Assembly (NCBI RefSeq): GCF_009914755.1
Contig: NC_060938.1
DNA: 64,000 nt
Reading direction: 5' to 3' (one strand)
Origin: the human T2T-CHM13v2.0 reference genome, Homo sapiens
Below the pieces are notes generated by a model. That model was not told the DNA's origin. It made no database searches and was given only the letters and a program-made list of their open reading frames with translations. Position 1 is the first letter of the stretch. Each line of letters opens with the position of its first letter. A program made the translations under genes and the position numbers. Below, in pieces: positions 27,411-43,331 of this stretch.

Positions 27411-28539
27411 TGTACTGACAAATTGTAATTCAGGACATGTTAATTACTGGCTAAGGCCAGGCCTCAACAGAGGACAGCAGTGAAGTGAAGTAATTAACCA
27501 GATCACTGAGGGAAAAAAATGCGAATTTGGACAAAATGAGTAAGCAAAATTTTGCCTAACTGAACTAATCCATCATTTCATTGCAATGCGTAGCTTTCCT
27601 AATGGAAATCTGACCTCTCTGGGGCAGTCCTTTTCTCTCCTTGCATTGTGTTATAACTGAGCCACCTGTTTAATACTGATGCTGAACATATCCTACACCT
27701 CTTACACACAGGACAAAAATTGCATCCTAATCCTTGTCAACTGTCTAATGGTAGTGTCATTGGTTCCAAGTAGGGTCAACAGAGGGCAGTGTGTTGATGG
27801 TTCTATGAAAGCCCTGATTGGACCCACATTTTGAAGAGCACACCCCACTAATAGAGTCACTGGAATCTTCTTTATATACCAACGTCAGCAGCTTGCAAAA
27901 CTAAATTCAACTTTTAGCACATGGTTTCTCCACATGAAGTCTGCGTAGTCCTATACACAAAAAGTAAGGTGCATCTCTCAGTACGTTTACCCTTTGGGAG
28001 GAAGATAAATCCTTACTGGATTTTAATGATTATTAGAGGCAGAAGATAATATTGCTTTAAAAAAAAACAGATCAACAGCTTTATTATTTATAGTGAACAT
28101 ATTTGTTGGCATCTTTCCTTTTCTGGCTCACTTGTACTTGGTCTAAGCAGGAAAAACAAATTACTCAACAAAGCAACAGATTAGAATTTTAAATAATTGG
28201 CTTTTAATCCTTTGTCACACTGTGATCCCATAATTAATCTCCTTATTTATATATATCTAGCTTCAGAAATGGAGAAAAAAAGGTTTTTATTGTTTCATAA
28301 CAAAGTGCAATATTTAGAAAATACTTTCCATTTGTCAATTTAAATCTTTCAATTTATAAACAACGATTTAGTTGCAAATAACTAAAAAAGATACACTGGA
28401 TACATAATATTCAAAATTAACACTGTCTAGAATTTGTTATTCTGTACAGGCTTCAAAGTGGGGGACAAGTATCTTTTTAAAAAAAAATAGTGACAGGCAA
28501 GCAAAATATTTAATGACAACTTACAATCAGAGTTAGAGC

Positions 28540-28810
28540 TACACTACCGTAGCCAGAATAAACAAGTAGGAAAGAATGTGGAAATTAGAAAAATCTAAGT
28601 TTGAGTCTGAGCTTCGCCAGTTATGCATTTTGTGACATCAAGCAAGTCACTGAAACATTCTTAATCTTACTTTGCTCATTTCTAAAATAGAAATAATAGC
28701 TCCACCCGTATCTAATCCTGGGATTGTTTTGAGAAGAACATGAGATAACATAAATGAAAGAACTCTGGGAACTACAGAGTAACACACAATGCAAAGACAT
28801 TATTATTGTT
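28540..28810 (+). mobile_element. MIR SINE
   Basis: TGTGACATCAAGCAAGTCACT...CTCATTTCTAAAATAGAAATAATAG. Confidence 0.7.
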
Positions 28811-31800
28811 ATCTTGGCATGTGCCTGTTGATGGTCATGACAGAAGCAAGGGTCTGATGTTTGCCATGAGATGTGTCGCTAATGCTCCGCAGTTAATAAA
28901 CGTGATTATCATAATTGCAAATTAATTTGTGTTCGGATTCAGTTACTTGCAAGGCTGAAATGTTTGTTTTGACACCAAGTGAACAACTTATATCAATTTA
29001 AATAGAAAATATAAACAAACATATATACTACAAAGCTGTGCCAGCAAAAGACTTTAGTGCACATTCCTTCAAATTAAAAGAGTTCTTTTCTCATCTGACT
29101 TCCTACTCACTCGTGTAGGGCAAACTTGTTATCAAATGTCAATCATTTTATTAAATTGACTGTGAAAAGGCTGAACTTCAGACATAGATGTTTTTCAGCC
29201 ATAGGATTCCTTGAGTTCCTTGCTGGAGATGCAATTTAGCAACGCCTGTTCAGGAGTTTTGTTTTCTTTTTTCTTAAAAGAAAAGATAAAGTGATCAGTG
29301 CATAAATTTAAATTGGTGTGGATAAAACCAGGTGGTAAATTTCAGAACCTATATAGCAAACGGAAAAAGCCCTAGACCAGGCATGCACTTATTTACACTT
29401 TACGATGGGAGTCGGGAGCTAACCCAGGTATAATCCACTATGTTTTATGTAACAGGAAAGCACGCAGAAGATACTAGTCATCTCCCTAAAGACTAGACGT
29501 CCTAAAAAAAGAAGCAATCTTCAACTAGCTTTCCCTTTTGTGAACTACTAACATATAAGATGCAGTTTTAGCTTCAAGTCATAGCTCTTTGTAAAGATTC
29601 TGTCACACCACCAGATATAATTTTTGTTTTTCTACATATCATTAGTTTTCAATTATTTTCAATAACTCTTTTCCCACACTATTATAAGTTGGCTAGACAA
29701 GGTAGAGACATCACCATAGTTCTCTGGGTTTTCTAAAAATGATTATTCTCCAATAAACGTATTTATGGAGATTCTTGGCCAAGCTGGTAATTTCCCAAAT
29801 GTCTTTCTTACTGGCAACAAAATCTCCAACTTAGCTTGTTATTAAAAAATAGGTGCCAAAAGGAGCTCCTTGTCGCCACCAACTGTAAATTCCACATATT
29901 TTTGCATCTAAATAAACAATGAGATTAGATCATCTATGTAGCTTATACCCCAACCCAAACCAGCATCCAAAGTAAAACTATTTTGTGAAATATTGTGGTA
30001 TTATGTGAAGGAAAACAAAGTGTCCCATACTCAAGTAAGTTTGGAAAACACTTACGAATTAAACATTTCTTTTCTGTTGAATTTATCAGAGCTGCAAAAT
30101 GCTATTATGTATTGTGACAGTCTAAAAAAGTATTTACAAAATTTATTTGACCATGAAACTTTTATTCAAGGGCCTCTAAAAACCTGGAAGAGATGCAGTT
30201 AAGAAGTGCTGGTCTATGATATGGCAAAAACATGTCAAAGAGATTGTTATTTAAATAATAGTTGTCCCGTGTGTGGCTAATTCTACTTATGACAATCCAT
30301 GTGGCCACAGAGAACCTACTGTCTTGCCAGGCTCCATTTATTTAAAGACTACATACAGACTTCTTTGAGAGGAGAAAAAACGGTGCTAACAATTCTAAGA
30401 ATTTTTTTCCCAAGTAACAGCAATCTTAGGAAATTGTTTAAGCTACCATCTCCATGAAGTCACAAGGTCCTAATATTGTCTCACCTTATTTTCATTGAGG
30501 GGAGCAGGGACAGCGTGTTTATTGAATTACAAGAACCAGGTTACAAACAACAAAATACTGATGCAATCTCATTTCTACTAATTCTAGGGGAACTGGATTC
30601 ACAATTTAAATGAGAACATACTATAGCATGTCAGAGACTTCTAGGGATAATGACTTGACAGCTAATACATCTATTATCTAGCTACTTTGTAAATCATATT
30701 TGAATTCAAATTTCCTATCTGTGTCTCTGATATTCATTTCCCTAGTTTCCAAGATGGTTTAGTGATGATACAGCTGATGACAACTGTTAGATGACCGTTT
30801 CTGCTACTATAGAAACTCAAATCAGGCATTGACCTCAGAAGACTATTCTTATAATCAGAATACTGATGATGAGCTTTGAGGTTTTTGTTTTTGTATTTTT
30901 TAAGGGCAGTGGGAAGGACCTAGATTTTATCTCTTTGTGGAAGTTCCTCTTTTCCCTGAGCTGAAGCAGAGGCTCCCACAATACTACAGTAGCTCCGGAG
31001 TGTGCTCAGCGGCTGTGGCAGCTCAACCATGCAATTTTATAGCAGGCAGCAAACAAGGCAGAGAATTCAGGGTTAAAAACTCAAGTGAAGTTTTGTCTTC
31101 TACAGTAATGAAAGCTGACTAAAAGAGTAAATCAAATGGATCTCCTAACAAAATGAAAACAGCTGTTTGGCCTGGCTTGGTCTCTGATTTAGGTTAAGTA
31201 ATTATTGCTCTAGTGCGGTTCAAGGTTGTTCTGTATTAGTGAAATAAGATATCACATGAAAATCATCCAACTTTTTAATTTACTGTAGCATCAGAAATTC
31301 CACTGCATAAAAAACTCTAGAAACGTAATCTTCTAAAAACTTTACCTATAAACCTTTTCAAATACCAATTGATTCAATCTTCCAAGACATAATTACATGA
31401 TACACAATTACATTATAGTAATAATCTTTAGTATCTAAACTAAGAAAACATTTTAATATTTTAACTTTAAAATGCTAAATTTTTTCAAATTTTACTGAAG
31501 TGATATATTATATCCAAATTCTTAAATAACTGTAAATATTTTTTTGTAAGGAGACGTGTGTATAAACAGCAAACAATGAAAAGCTACTTTCTGAGCCCCA
31601 AAGAAGCCTATACTTACAGTGTAAATCTTTTTTTTAATTCAACATTGGTATACCAATAGTGGTTGAGAAGAAAAAAAATTATAATGAAAAAGCACAGCAA
31701 AGCAATAGCATTGGGGAAGAGGTTTCTGTATCTAACACTAGTCAGTAAAATTATTCATGTCACTTCAAATTCTACTTCTTATTTGCTTTTCATTCTTCTA

Positions 31801-33068
31801 TCACCATCATTAGTGTCACTTCTCTTGAATTGAAGCACTTTATTTCTGCTTCAGCTTGCCAATTATAACAAAGGACAAATCAATGGTAGGTTGGTGATGG
31901 TATCTTTTTATTGATGTTCCAGTATTTATTTTTAAATAATAAAAACCTAAAAATATTATCTGATGCAAGACAGTGAATTCCTGAAGAAAACAAGACTGTA
32001 AGTTTTGGTCACCTTTTCTGGCTGTTAACCACCATTACAACCCTGGATGGATGCTTAGATGTATGAATAAAAAATAACATTAAAGTATTTTTGAACAACA
32101 AATATTGAAATTATAGGATAACGTTTCTTCAATGGTGACATCTTTAGAGCATTTTTTAATGCACTTGGGTACATTCAACTCAGTTCCCAATGAAAGAGAG
32201 TGACAGAGAACATTACATCAGAAAATTAATATTTTGAAGAAAATTACTTAAGTGGTTTAAAGCCCAGGGAAAAGTCTCAGATGTTCTTGTTATAGCTATT
32301 ATTGTTGGACACATAACATGACATATTTACCTTTCCAGTGGGATATAGTTTTGTAGGTTTCCTAAGTCTAAATAGCATTTCTCACTAGTCCTTGCCAATT
32401 ATTCTAACTAGTACTTGCCAGCACATCAGAATAACAGAAACAAGAGAGTTAAATGTTTTATTCTCCAATATGTTTCCACATTATGATCTTTCTTTGGGGT
32501 CAATGTTCCTTAAATAAGTGGCTATATCATATTCAGAGTTTTGATTCAGAAATTGTCTTGTGGAACTAGATCAACAATGCACAATTTGCCTAAGGATTAG
32601 AGAGGAACTCAATGACAAGCAATATTTAAAAGGAAGGTTTAATTTTTTCCTTTCAGACAGTTAATGTAAATGCTACTAACTGAGATCTTCAAAAATGATA
32701 GAGCACATGAAGCCAGTCTACATTCTTAGCAGTCTGCAATCCAAGGAGGGTTAAAGAGGAATGGTCCTACCCCTTTGCAGACTCCATATTTCTTTTTTTC
32801 AAGAAATATAAAGCTTGCTGTTGTTACTGCATAAGTCTTTGTGAATAGGCAAATGTAATTAACTCAATTTTACAACGAAAGCTGGGCATACTCAGTGCCA
32901 CTTAAACAGTGCATCTTTAATTTCTGAGTCAAAATATAAGGTCAAACTCTACTCAGTTTTCAGCAGCCATGTTTCCACCAGTAGTGTTAGCACAGTACTT
33001 ACAGACAGAATCCCTCTGCTGAAAAGAGGGGATCCCTCCCTGGAAGTCACTTGTCTTACTCTGAAATA

Positions 33069-33794
<726 letters not shown>

Positions 33795-35672
33795 TACTTC
33801 TTTTGAGTCCCTGATCTCTCTCTAGCTCTCAGTTACTCATGATATTCCTCCACCTGGGGTATCACCCCTTGAATAATCTTTTAGTTGCCACATCTTCATG
33901 AGTTCCAGCTTGGGAACAAATGTTTTCTGAATCTACACTGAAAAAGTCTTGCACCATGTACATACTTTCCATTTTTTCTGGATTAGCCTCCTAAGATATT
34001 ATATACCTTGCTAGTTCCTTCTTTTTGACAGAATTCCCGGGACGAATCTAGTAGAATCTAAGAAATGAGCATCAGTGATTAATTTTTTGGTGTAAAAGGT
34101 TATGTTTGTGACCTAGCATTCAGCTTCAGAAAGAACACACTATAAAAACTGAGGGCCTCATATCATCAGTTTGTACTCGTTGGTAAGTGTTCCTAAAATC
34201 AAAGAAACCCCTAGCTGATCAGGTTGAATATAGGTTACAGTCCTGGATTTTCTGAGTTTAGTCAAGGGTCTCTAAATTGTAGCAGTCAATTGGCACCAGG
34301 TGGCCCAAGGAATCAACCCTCCCAAGGATGCTTTTCTACCTCCTTTGTTTCCTTTATCATTCACTTTTACCCTGAGATTGTGCAGGAAATGGGAATTTCC
34401 AAAGATTGGCATTTCAAGGGATATGGAATTCCAAAGATTGGCAATCTTTAAGCCACTCCTTTGCCTTCTACCTCATTTTCCTCAGGACTCTAAAACAGAG
34501 CAATTTCCAACAACCTACAGCCTTTCAAGGCAGCAAGCCCTTCTGCGCATGTTTACTAAAGAATGGCATGAAACTTTGTATAGAGACAAGATGAGATAAC
34601 AGGCTATCCTAAGGAATATTTGCACTTAAAAGTTGAACAGTGTTCAACAGTGTTCAAACAATCACACAGTTTACACCCTTGCAGTCAACCATTTCAAAGC
34701 ATATGTTCCATTCATTTCTCCTTTTCCTCTTAAAGCCTTTCATGAAAAAATTTTTAAAAAAGAATCTTTGGCTCAAAGCAGCAAAGTAAATCTTTACTTC
34801 AAGTTATTTTCTTAAATATTATTTTCATGTTAGGTTTTTAAAATTTAGAATATAAAATGTGGCTTATCATACAAACATCTATAATAAAACTTCAGTAGAA
34901 GGCCTTGCAAAGCTCTTTAGGGAACTATTTGTTCCACACTAACTTACAGGTTACTTTATATCACAGGTATCTCATTACTTGATGTTGGCAGAGATGTGAG
35001 ACAACTTCTCAGCTTTCTTATCCTATGAATACTGGTAACCATATCGAAAGCTAGGGCCTTTACTAGATTAAGTTCAGCCATAAATTTAACCTATCAGAAT
35101 CTTTTGTAGTAAAATATTCACTCCTACTTTCAAATTATAGGATTCTTGAATTGGAAAGGACCTTAGAAACTATCATTCCACAGCCATCATTTTACATATG
35201 AGGCTACTGAAGCCTTCAAAGATGAAAGGACTCACCCAAGGTCACACAACTGGTTGGGAGATGAGCCCAGACTGGCTCTTTCTTTTTCTTTGGGAAGTAA
35301 TGGTAAAACAACCACATTTTAAAAGAGATTTAATCTCACATTGTACGTAGAAAAGACAAAGATGGGCTCCTTAAAGAATTCCCAGTTCCTAAAATTAAGC
35401 ATTTCAGTCCTCTCCTCTTTAGCACTTTTAAGCAATACCAAACTCAGTCACAGCGTTTGCTCATTCCCATTCAACATTCCTATTTCTTTCATTGTAGGCC
35501 TTCCCCATCATTTTTCCCATATAGCTATCTACATGTTATATTTGAAGAAATTAAAGTACTACAGAAAATATTACATATAAATCACAAGGATTATTTTTAT
35601 GCGATAAGATATTTAAACATGCTTTCTGAATTCCTAAAATAAGTGCTTAGGCCATAATTAAAAATGAATCCA

Positions 35673-36143
<471 letters not shown>

Positions 36144-36377
36144 TCATTATAATTTAATTATAATTGTCATAAAATTAGAACTGGCAATGGATATGTGGAG
36201 TTTACTATACTATTCAGGAAAATTTAGCATTTTTCCTAATAAAATGTTTATTTAAATTACCAATCTGCGTACCGCCCTTTGGAAGAAAAACAGTTCCTAA
36301 GTTTCAATGTACACAAGCAGACTGTTACAATGAAGAGTAAACAGGTAAGGGAGATTTCAAATAAAGTTTTCCATCTT

Positions 36378-36812
36378 TTTAAAAAAATTGTTATTAAAAA
36401 AGAACACATATGAAATTTACCAACTTAACCATCTTTAAGTGTACAGCTCAGTAGTGTTAAGTAGATTCACATTGTTGTGCAATATATCTACAGAACCTTT
36501 TCATCTTACAAAACTAACACTCTATACCCACTAAACAACAGCTCTCCGTTTCCTACTCCAGCCCCTGGCAACCACCATTCTACTTTGTTTCTATGAATTT
36601 TACTACTTTAGATACCTCATAAAAGTGGAATCATACTGTCTTTTTGTGACTAGCATATTTCACCTAGCATAATGTCCTCAAGGTTAATCCATGTTGTAGC
36701 ACATGACAGGATTTTAATCTTTTTAAAGGCTGAATCACATTCCATCCTACGTATATACTATATTTTTAAAATTTGTTCATTAGTTGATAGACATTTGGGT
36801 TACTTTCACCTG
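36378..36812 (-). mobile_element. L1MB-type 3' end
   Basis: CCCCTGGCAACCACCATTCTACTTTGTTTCTATGAAT...AAGTGGAATCATAC. Confidence 0.85.
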
Positions 36813-37376
36813 AAAATCTTCATCATAACATAATATTTTTGGAGGAAACTGAAGTATAAGGTACTATAAGAAAAATTCAGCTAAGCAGCAATAATAAAGA
36901 ATGGATATGCAGTAACTGGAACAAAGTCCATCCATCAGCTATTATCAACTTGATATCCATCCTCCAGGGCCTAGAAGAAACTTAGCACACCTAGTGAAAA
37001 TCAGTCTATGGGTCTGTAAGAGATTACATTTGTTATTTATCTACTTTTGTTTTCTAATCCTCCTTATTTTAGTACTCCTTTTGATGGGATATTTATTCAA
37101 AGGATATTGATGGATATGAATATATTTTTATTCCCTCAGTCTGTGGATATGGCTGTAAGAGATGTAGCTTGACTGGGAAGAGGGTACGTGGATGGTTGAG
37201 GATTAGAAAGGTGCCAAATTATTCAGATTTTTAATTTTTTTGATTAATAAAAATAACATTTACATCTCAAAGTTATAAAAGGAACTTGCTGTTACAGGTA
37301 TTCCATGGTTTATTTTGGTAATGGATTTGATAAACCATTTGATTTCCAAGAAGCTGAACACTTGTGTTCCATTTAG

Positions 37377-37737
<361 letters not shown>

Positions 37738-39884
37738 TATTTTATAATTTATTAGAGAGAATAAACCCACTATAAAGGATGAAACTCTTTGGATGATCGT
37801 TCTCTGTCTGATCGTATATGGGATAAAGTCCATCCAAAATCACTTGGGCACTGAGAAACCTCTGCTATCTTATCTGGATCCACTTTTGTACTTTGTATTT
37901 TACCTCTAGTTCACTTTCTCCGTTCCCACTCCCACTCCAAAGGATCACCAATCCCCTGGGCTCATTAAATTTCTGGCTTGGATTATGTGGAGTGATTAAT
38001 GGCAGTGGGCCTGGTACATGTGGAGGTCAGCGTGCTGAGCATCCTGCATGTCAGCGACAAAAACACCCGCGTGCATCCACCAACTCACTCTTCGCCTCCA
38101 CAGCCACAATTTATTCATCCCAGAGTACACTCAACCATCTGCTATTTATTTTGTTTTCTTTAAGCATTATTTCCTTCAATTTGCTAAGCCAGGGCACAGG
38201 TGAAAAGTGGTAAGAAGCAAAGGGGAGCTGTTGTTGATGGACACAGGAGGGGTGAGTTGAGCTCCCCATGAGGAAGAGCATTCGGCTCCACAGAAAGGGC
38301 CTAACCGTATTGCTGAATACTTAAATCCCTGCCTAATAGGAGCATTTGGGCCAGGCCCAATCATAACTAGCTAAGGCTAGACTCCTGGGGTGAGGAGTGT
38401 AAAGCTGGTGAGTTTTAAGCATCCTTAATAGTAGCCCTGTAATAAACTGATGCTCTGAATCTTTGCTAGAGTCTGCACAAGACTGGGCTATAAATTTTAC
38501 ATTTGGCAAAGTGACTCATAAAGAAACACCCACCTGATTTCAGACACGCATTTTTGGCAGTCAGGGCACTTGCTAAATTAGCTATGGTTCTGTTTTTAGC
38601 TGCTTTCTTTCTCTGCTGAAAATACGATGATTCTATCTGGACAGTACAGTTTCACAACTCAGTCCTCTAGCGCTGCTTACTAGTCCATCTTTTGGACTGG
38701 GAAATACCGGAGTTTGCTTCCTTTTTAAGTGCCGAAAACACTGGAACACATTTTATTATTATCAGTTTTAATCTATAAGGTTCTGGCCCTGTGAGTTGTT
38801 TTCTTCACGAGAGTAGCTATAATAAATGGATTATCAAAATGCATTTGAGCTAACAATCTCTGTTATTACAGAGTGATAAAAACATAAAACCACTTTTTCA
38901 TCAGGAAGAGGTGAAGTGTCTCTTGTCTGGGGAGGTCCAGTGTTGATTTGAGGAACTTGGGTCAAGCTGGTATTTGACCTTTGGCAGGAGGCTGCCCTGG
39001 GTCTTATATTCTCAACAAACTGGGCCCAAGACAATAGTGTGCTTTATAGCCCAGAGCCCGATCACTGTGTTTCTCCAAGGAAGACCTCAAGCTGAAAAGC
39101 CAACATGCCTGACAACCACCATCAAGGTACCAAGGGCATAAGCACTAGACACTGGAAAACAAATGGAAAAGCACACACAGCTACATCTGGAATCCTAATG
39201 GGCCGCCAATGGTTCCCAGCTAAAGGAAGAATTACCCATGTTATTTTATCATCCCTTGCGCTAACTTTGCTGTTTATGTACAGCAATAAATGATTTTTTA
39301 AAAACATATTTGGGTCATTATGTCATATACCACCAGCAAGTAAGGTTGTTTTATTGTGCTTGGAGTCAAAATACACTGCTATACCCAGATGTACGGGAAG
39401 TTTAAAAATCTCTTGTCCTTCTGTATTCATTTCTCTTGGACAAATGAGTTAAGTTTTTAAAAGGAAAATTGAGAATTTTTATGGCTTTTACTCCCACCTT
39501 GCCAGTAAAATTTGCACCAGTATTTTTCTACCCAGCAAAGGTGCCTGGCCAATGATAACACTAAATACAAATGCAGAAAGCCAAACATCTTCCAACCAAC
39601 AGGAAATGCCAGAGATTTTTTTTTCCTTTTTTGGAACACTTTTAGCAAGTTGGATTCTTCTGCCAAGGCTGTGCTATAATCAAAAAGTAGCTGCAGATCA
39701 AGAATATGAAGTGAAACCTGGAGGTTCAAGCCAATTCTTCCCATACAATGATATGTGAATTTCTACCTTTATTTCTGCTTGCTGCAAGCAGTTTTAAATT
39801 TCACCTGCTCTATTAAGCCTTTTAACACACACAGTAAAACTTAGCGCAACATGTTACATTTTCTGAGTTAAAAAAAAAATTCCT

Positions 39885-40022
39885 GGCTGGGTGCGGTGTT
39901 TCACACCTAAAATCCTAGCACTTTGGGAGGCCGAGACAGGGTAGCTTGAGTCAGGGAGTTTGAGACCAGCCTGGTCAACATAGGGAGGACCCGTCTCTAT
40001 TAAAATTTAAAGATAAATAAAT
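39885..40022 (+). mobile_element. Free left Alu monomer (FLAM_C-like)
   Basis: Single Alu arm with A-rich tail; AAAAATTCC on both sides. Confidence 0.85.
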
Positions 40023-42667
40023 AAAAATTCCAAAATGCCTAACCCTTTATCATAATGTGTTATTTTGCACACTCCACAATCAATAGATATGGTTTATTTT
40101 TCTACCCATTCCCCACACTTCCAAAATTTTGAAGTTCAATTCACCCAAATCTGCTAAATCTTCTTCCATTCCATTATGATATGAATAAGGGGAAGTGGTT
40201 TCTCAACATGAATAAAGTGAAAGACTACATACATCAGGGGAGAAGAAAGCCTGAGAAAAGCAGATGTTCAAATGTGGATCTTGACTGACCCATCATCTAC
40301 CCGGAGAATGAGTTCTTGTGTGAGTGTTTAGTTTCTGAAGCGGAGGATGCTGGCTTTCCTGTTTACTTAGCTAGCCCTGTCACTGGGTTACAGGTGGCCT
40401 GGAAAGAAGATTTAGGAAATATTTTCTCTTCATAAATGAACATCAAATTATTTTACAATGTGCCCTGGTACATGCATCATTGACAGGTTGGAGGCCAAAG
40501 ACAATCTCAAATAAAGCAGAGGCTGGGGCGGGTGTGGGGGGACCCTGATTGTGAGTCAGGAAGAGAAAAAACTGTTTCCAAGTTATTTCTAAATTTTCAC
40601 ACAATTTACTAAGAGATGAGTCATTGTACTCTTTAGCCTGGCAAACATTCCACTCCAAATCCCCTTCCTCGGCAGAATTTCTAAGTTTTGGTTATTCTTG
40701 CATTGCAGCTGACTTTCACCTTTTCAGGGGATCCTCTTCAGTATCCACTATTGAGTTTCCTGGAAGCATCACCATGATTCTTACTTTTGCTATTAATGAT
40801 CAGTCTTTTTAAAAAAGCATTCTTTCAACTTGATTCTGAGTTTCACCTGAATCCTCTACACGAGAAAAGCTTAACATCACCAGGGTTGCTTTCATATGGA
40901 AGAAGCCATTACTTGAAATTTATCAATTGAGTTTGGAATTCCTCCTGTTTTCTCTCTCTCTTTTTCATGCTATTTATATTCATTGTTTTCTTTTATCCTA
41001 TTTAAAAAATTTTTTTCACCAAACTTCAGTGGTGAATTTGATTTCTCCCCTTTTTTCTTGCTTATGTTCTGACCCTGCCCTCCCTGACACATTTCAGCAG
41101 TATCTTATTCTTTACATATTTCACATTTGAGGAGCATTTTAGTCTCTTGCTTGTACCTCTACATTCCCCAGCCCAGAAGTCTTCGCAGATCATTGATGTC
41201 AAATCATGTCCCTCCTTCTTCAGAATGCTGCCAGGAATCATCTCCCAAACTAAACCCATATGGCTCTACTCAACCAGAATCACTTCAACAATCCTGTTTG
41301 CACATTGACAGGAGAAATCGCTTGGGAAAATGGTTCTGTATGCTGCAGATGTTTATATTTTTCTGAAGATTCCTCTGCTTCTGTTCTTTTGTTCTTTCCT
41401 TTGCATTTTGCCCTTACTTAAACTTAAAGCTCCCTGTGGGTATGGAATAACTTTATACCCACATACTTTTTGTGTGTTTCTAAAGTTCTCAGTTCAGCGC
41501 TTATTGTGCTATGAGGAGAAGGATCAAGACAAATGACCACCTTACTGAACTGAAGTCTGAAATTGCTTTCCTGGCTGCCATGCCCTTTGATGTAGGGTAG
41601 CTAAACAGATCTTAAATGACACTCATTGTCCTTTGTTCTTATCTAAGCATACTGGTTACCTCCATGGGGCTCAGAGTTTCTGAGGTGACATAAGGTATAC
41701 CTACCTTATATTTGTTGGTAGAAAAATGAAGAATAATAGGGTTGGCAAAATTATAACTTTTGAAAAATTTGTCTTTCTGCCTCTAGCCTCTCCTTCAGCA
41801 TTTCTGAAAGTCCTCTCCCCTTTCCCAAACTCAGGTTATTATTTGCCTTCTTAATTTCTAACTCCTCCAAATAAAAACAGCAAAATGTGACATATTATTT
41901 CTACTTGAAAATTAATTTTCATGAATACATTCAGTCTTTTAAGAGTTTTCTGTTTTAACTCTTAAATTCCTATTTAAGGAATAGGAGTTTCCTATTATGA
42001 AATAAAAGTTTCTATCTCCTGATAGAGGAATTTGACACAAATTCAGGAAGTCAGAAGAACATTGTTGGGAGGTAAAGAGAGGGGGATAGTCTTTTCCTTG
42101 GCCCTAAAATTATGCTGCATTTAATTCCAATTTTGCAGAATATAGACTAAATCTGCTTTAGTTGTTAGGGGTGCTTTTCTTAGTAAGGGACTAGCGAGTA
42201 TCTTCCTTCCCATTTTCCTTGATACCAAGATTCTTGTGCCTAAGATTTGCTGAAGCCTGACGTCCTGTGGCCCCAGCCGACCAGGGTCTCCTAGCCTGGG
42301 TCTTCTAGCCTCACTGTCATTCATCCACCTCCATCATCCCCGACACCATACAGGCCACATAGACAAAGGGATGCCCTTCCCCAGCCCCCTCTTTGCTCCT
42401 TCTAGAATGTCATGCATAATCACAGTATCCAAAGTTTTAGTTACTTCCAATACCCCAAACAATTGCATCTGACACCATCTTAGGAGCAGAGAACAGTTGC
42501 TAAGCAGCTATCAAGTAAGGAACAAGGATGGTACGGTGAGGGGTGGGTGCCACTGTCAGACAACCCTGTTGTTAGCAGATAGGATCCTGCCTTTTCGCCT
42601 AATCATTGACAGTATGTTGCAAAATACTGAAAGGCATTCATTGATGCAGCCTGTCTTATAAGCATTG

Positions 42668-43050
42668 TTTTTAACTGAGGTATAATTGACATGCAACAGA
42701 CTGCATATATTTGAAACATACAAATTGAAAAATTTTTTGACATTTGTATACTCCTGTGAAAACATCATCACAATTCAAGATACTAATAAACATATTCATC
42801 ACCCCCAAAATGTATTCATTCCCTTTAGTACATCCCACTCCCATTCCTGCTTCTCCCTAGGCAACCACTGATCAGCTTTTTGTCACTATAAATTAATTTT
42901 CATTTCCCTAAACTTTACATAAGTGGAATAATACAGTATATACTTTTTTGTCTGACTTCTTTCTCTGAGCATAATTGAGATTCATCTATGTTGTTGAAGG
43001 TATCACTACTGCATTTGTTTTATCACTGAGTAGTCTTTCATTGTATGGAT
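42668..43050 (-). mobile_element. Old L1M (L1MB/MC) 3' end
   Basis: TGAGGTATAATTGACAT...CCCTAGGCAACCACTGATC...AAGTGGAATAATACAGTAT. Confidence 0.8.
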
Positions 43051-43331
43051 GTGTCTATCAAGAGGCATTTATTGAGCCTCTTCTAAGTGGCAGGTACTGT
43101 GCTAGACACTGGAATATACAGTCACTAAAGGCTATGTGCCAGCCCTCAAGGATCTTATTTGGTGTTTAACACAGAGACAGATAAGTAACTTGACAATTAC
43201 TGTAGAGCTTAATCTATGCCATGAGGGAGATAATCACGGAGGTTTGGGAGCCTTATTAAAGACCATGTAAATCAGACTTGAGGCTAAGCTTGAGGCAGGT
43301 TTTGGTGGATGAGTTGAAAGTAGTTACAGGG

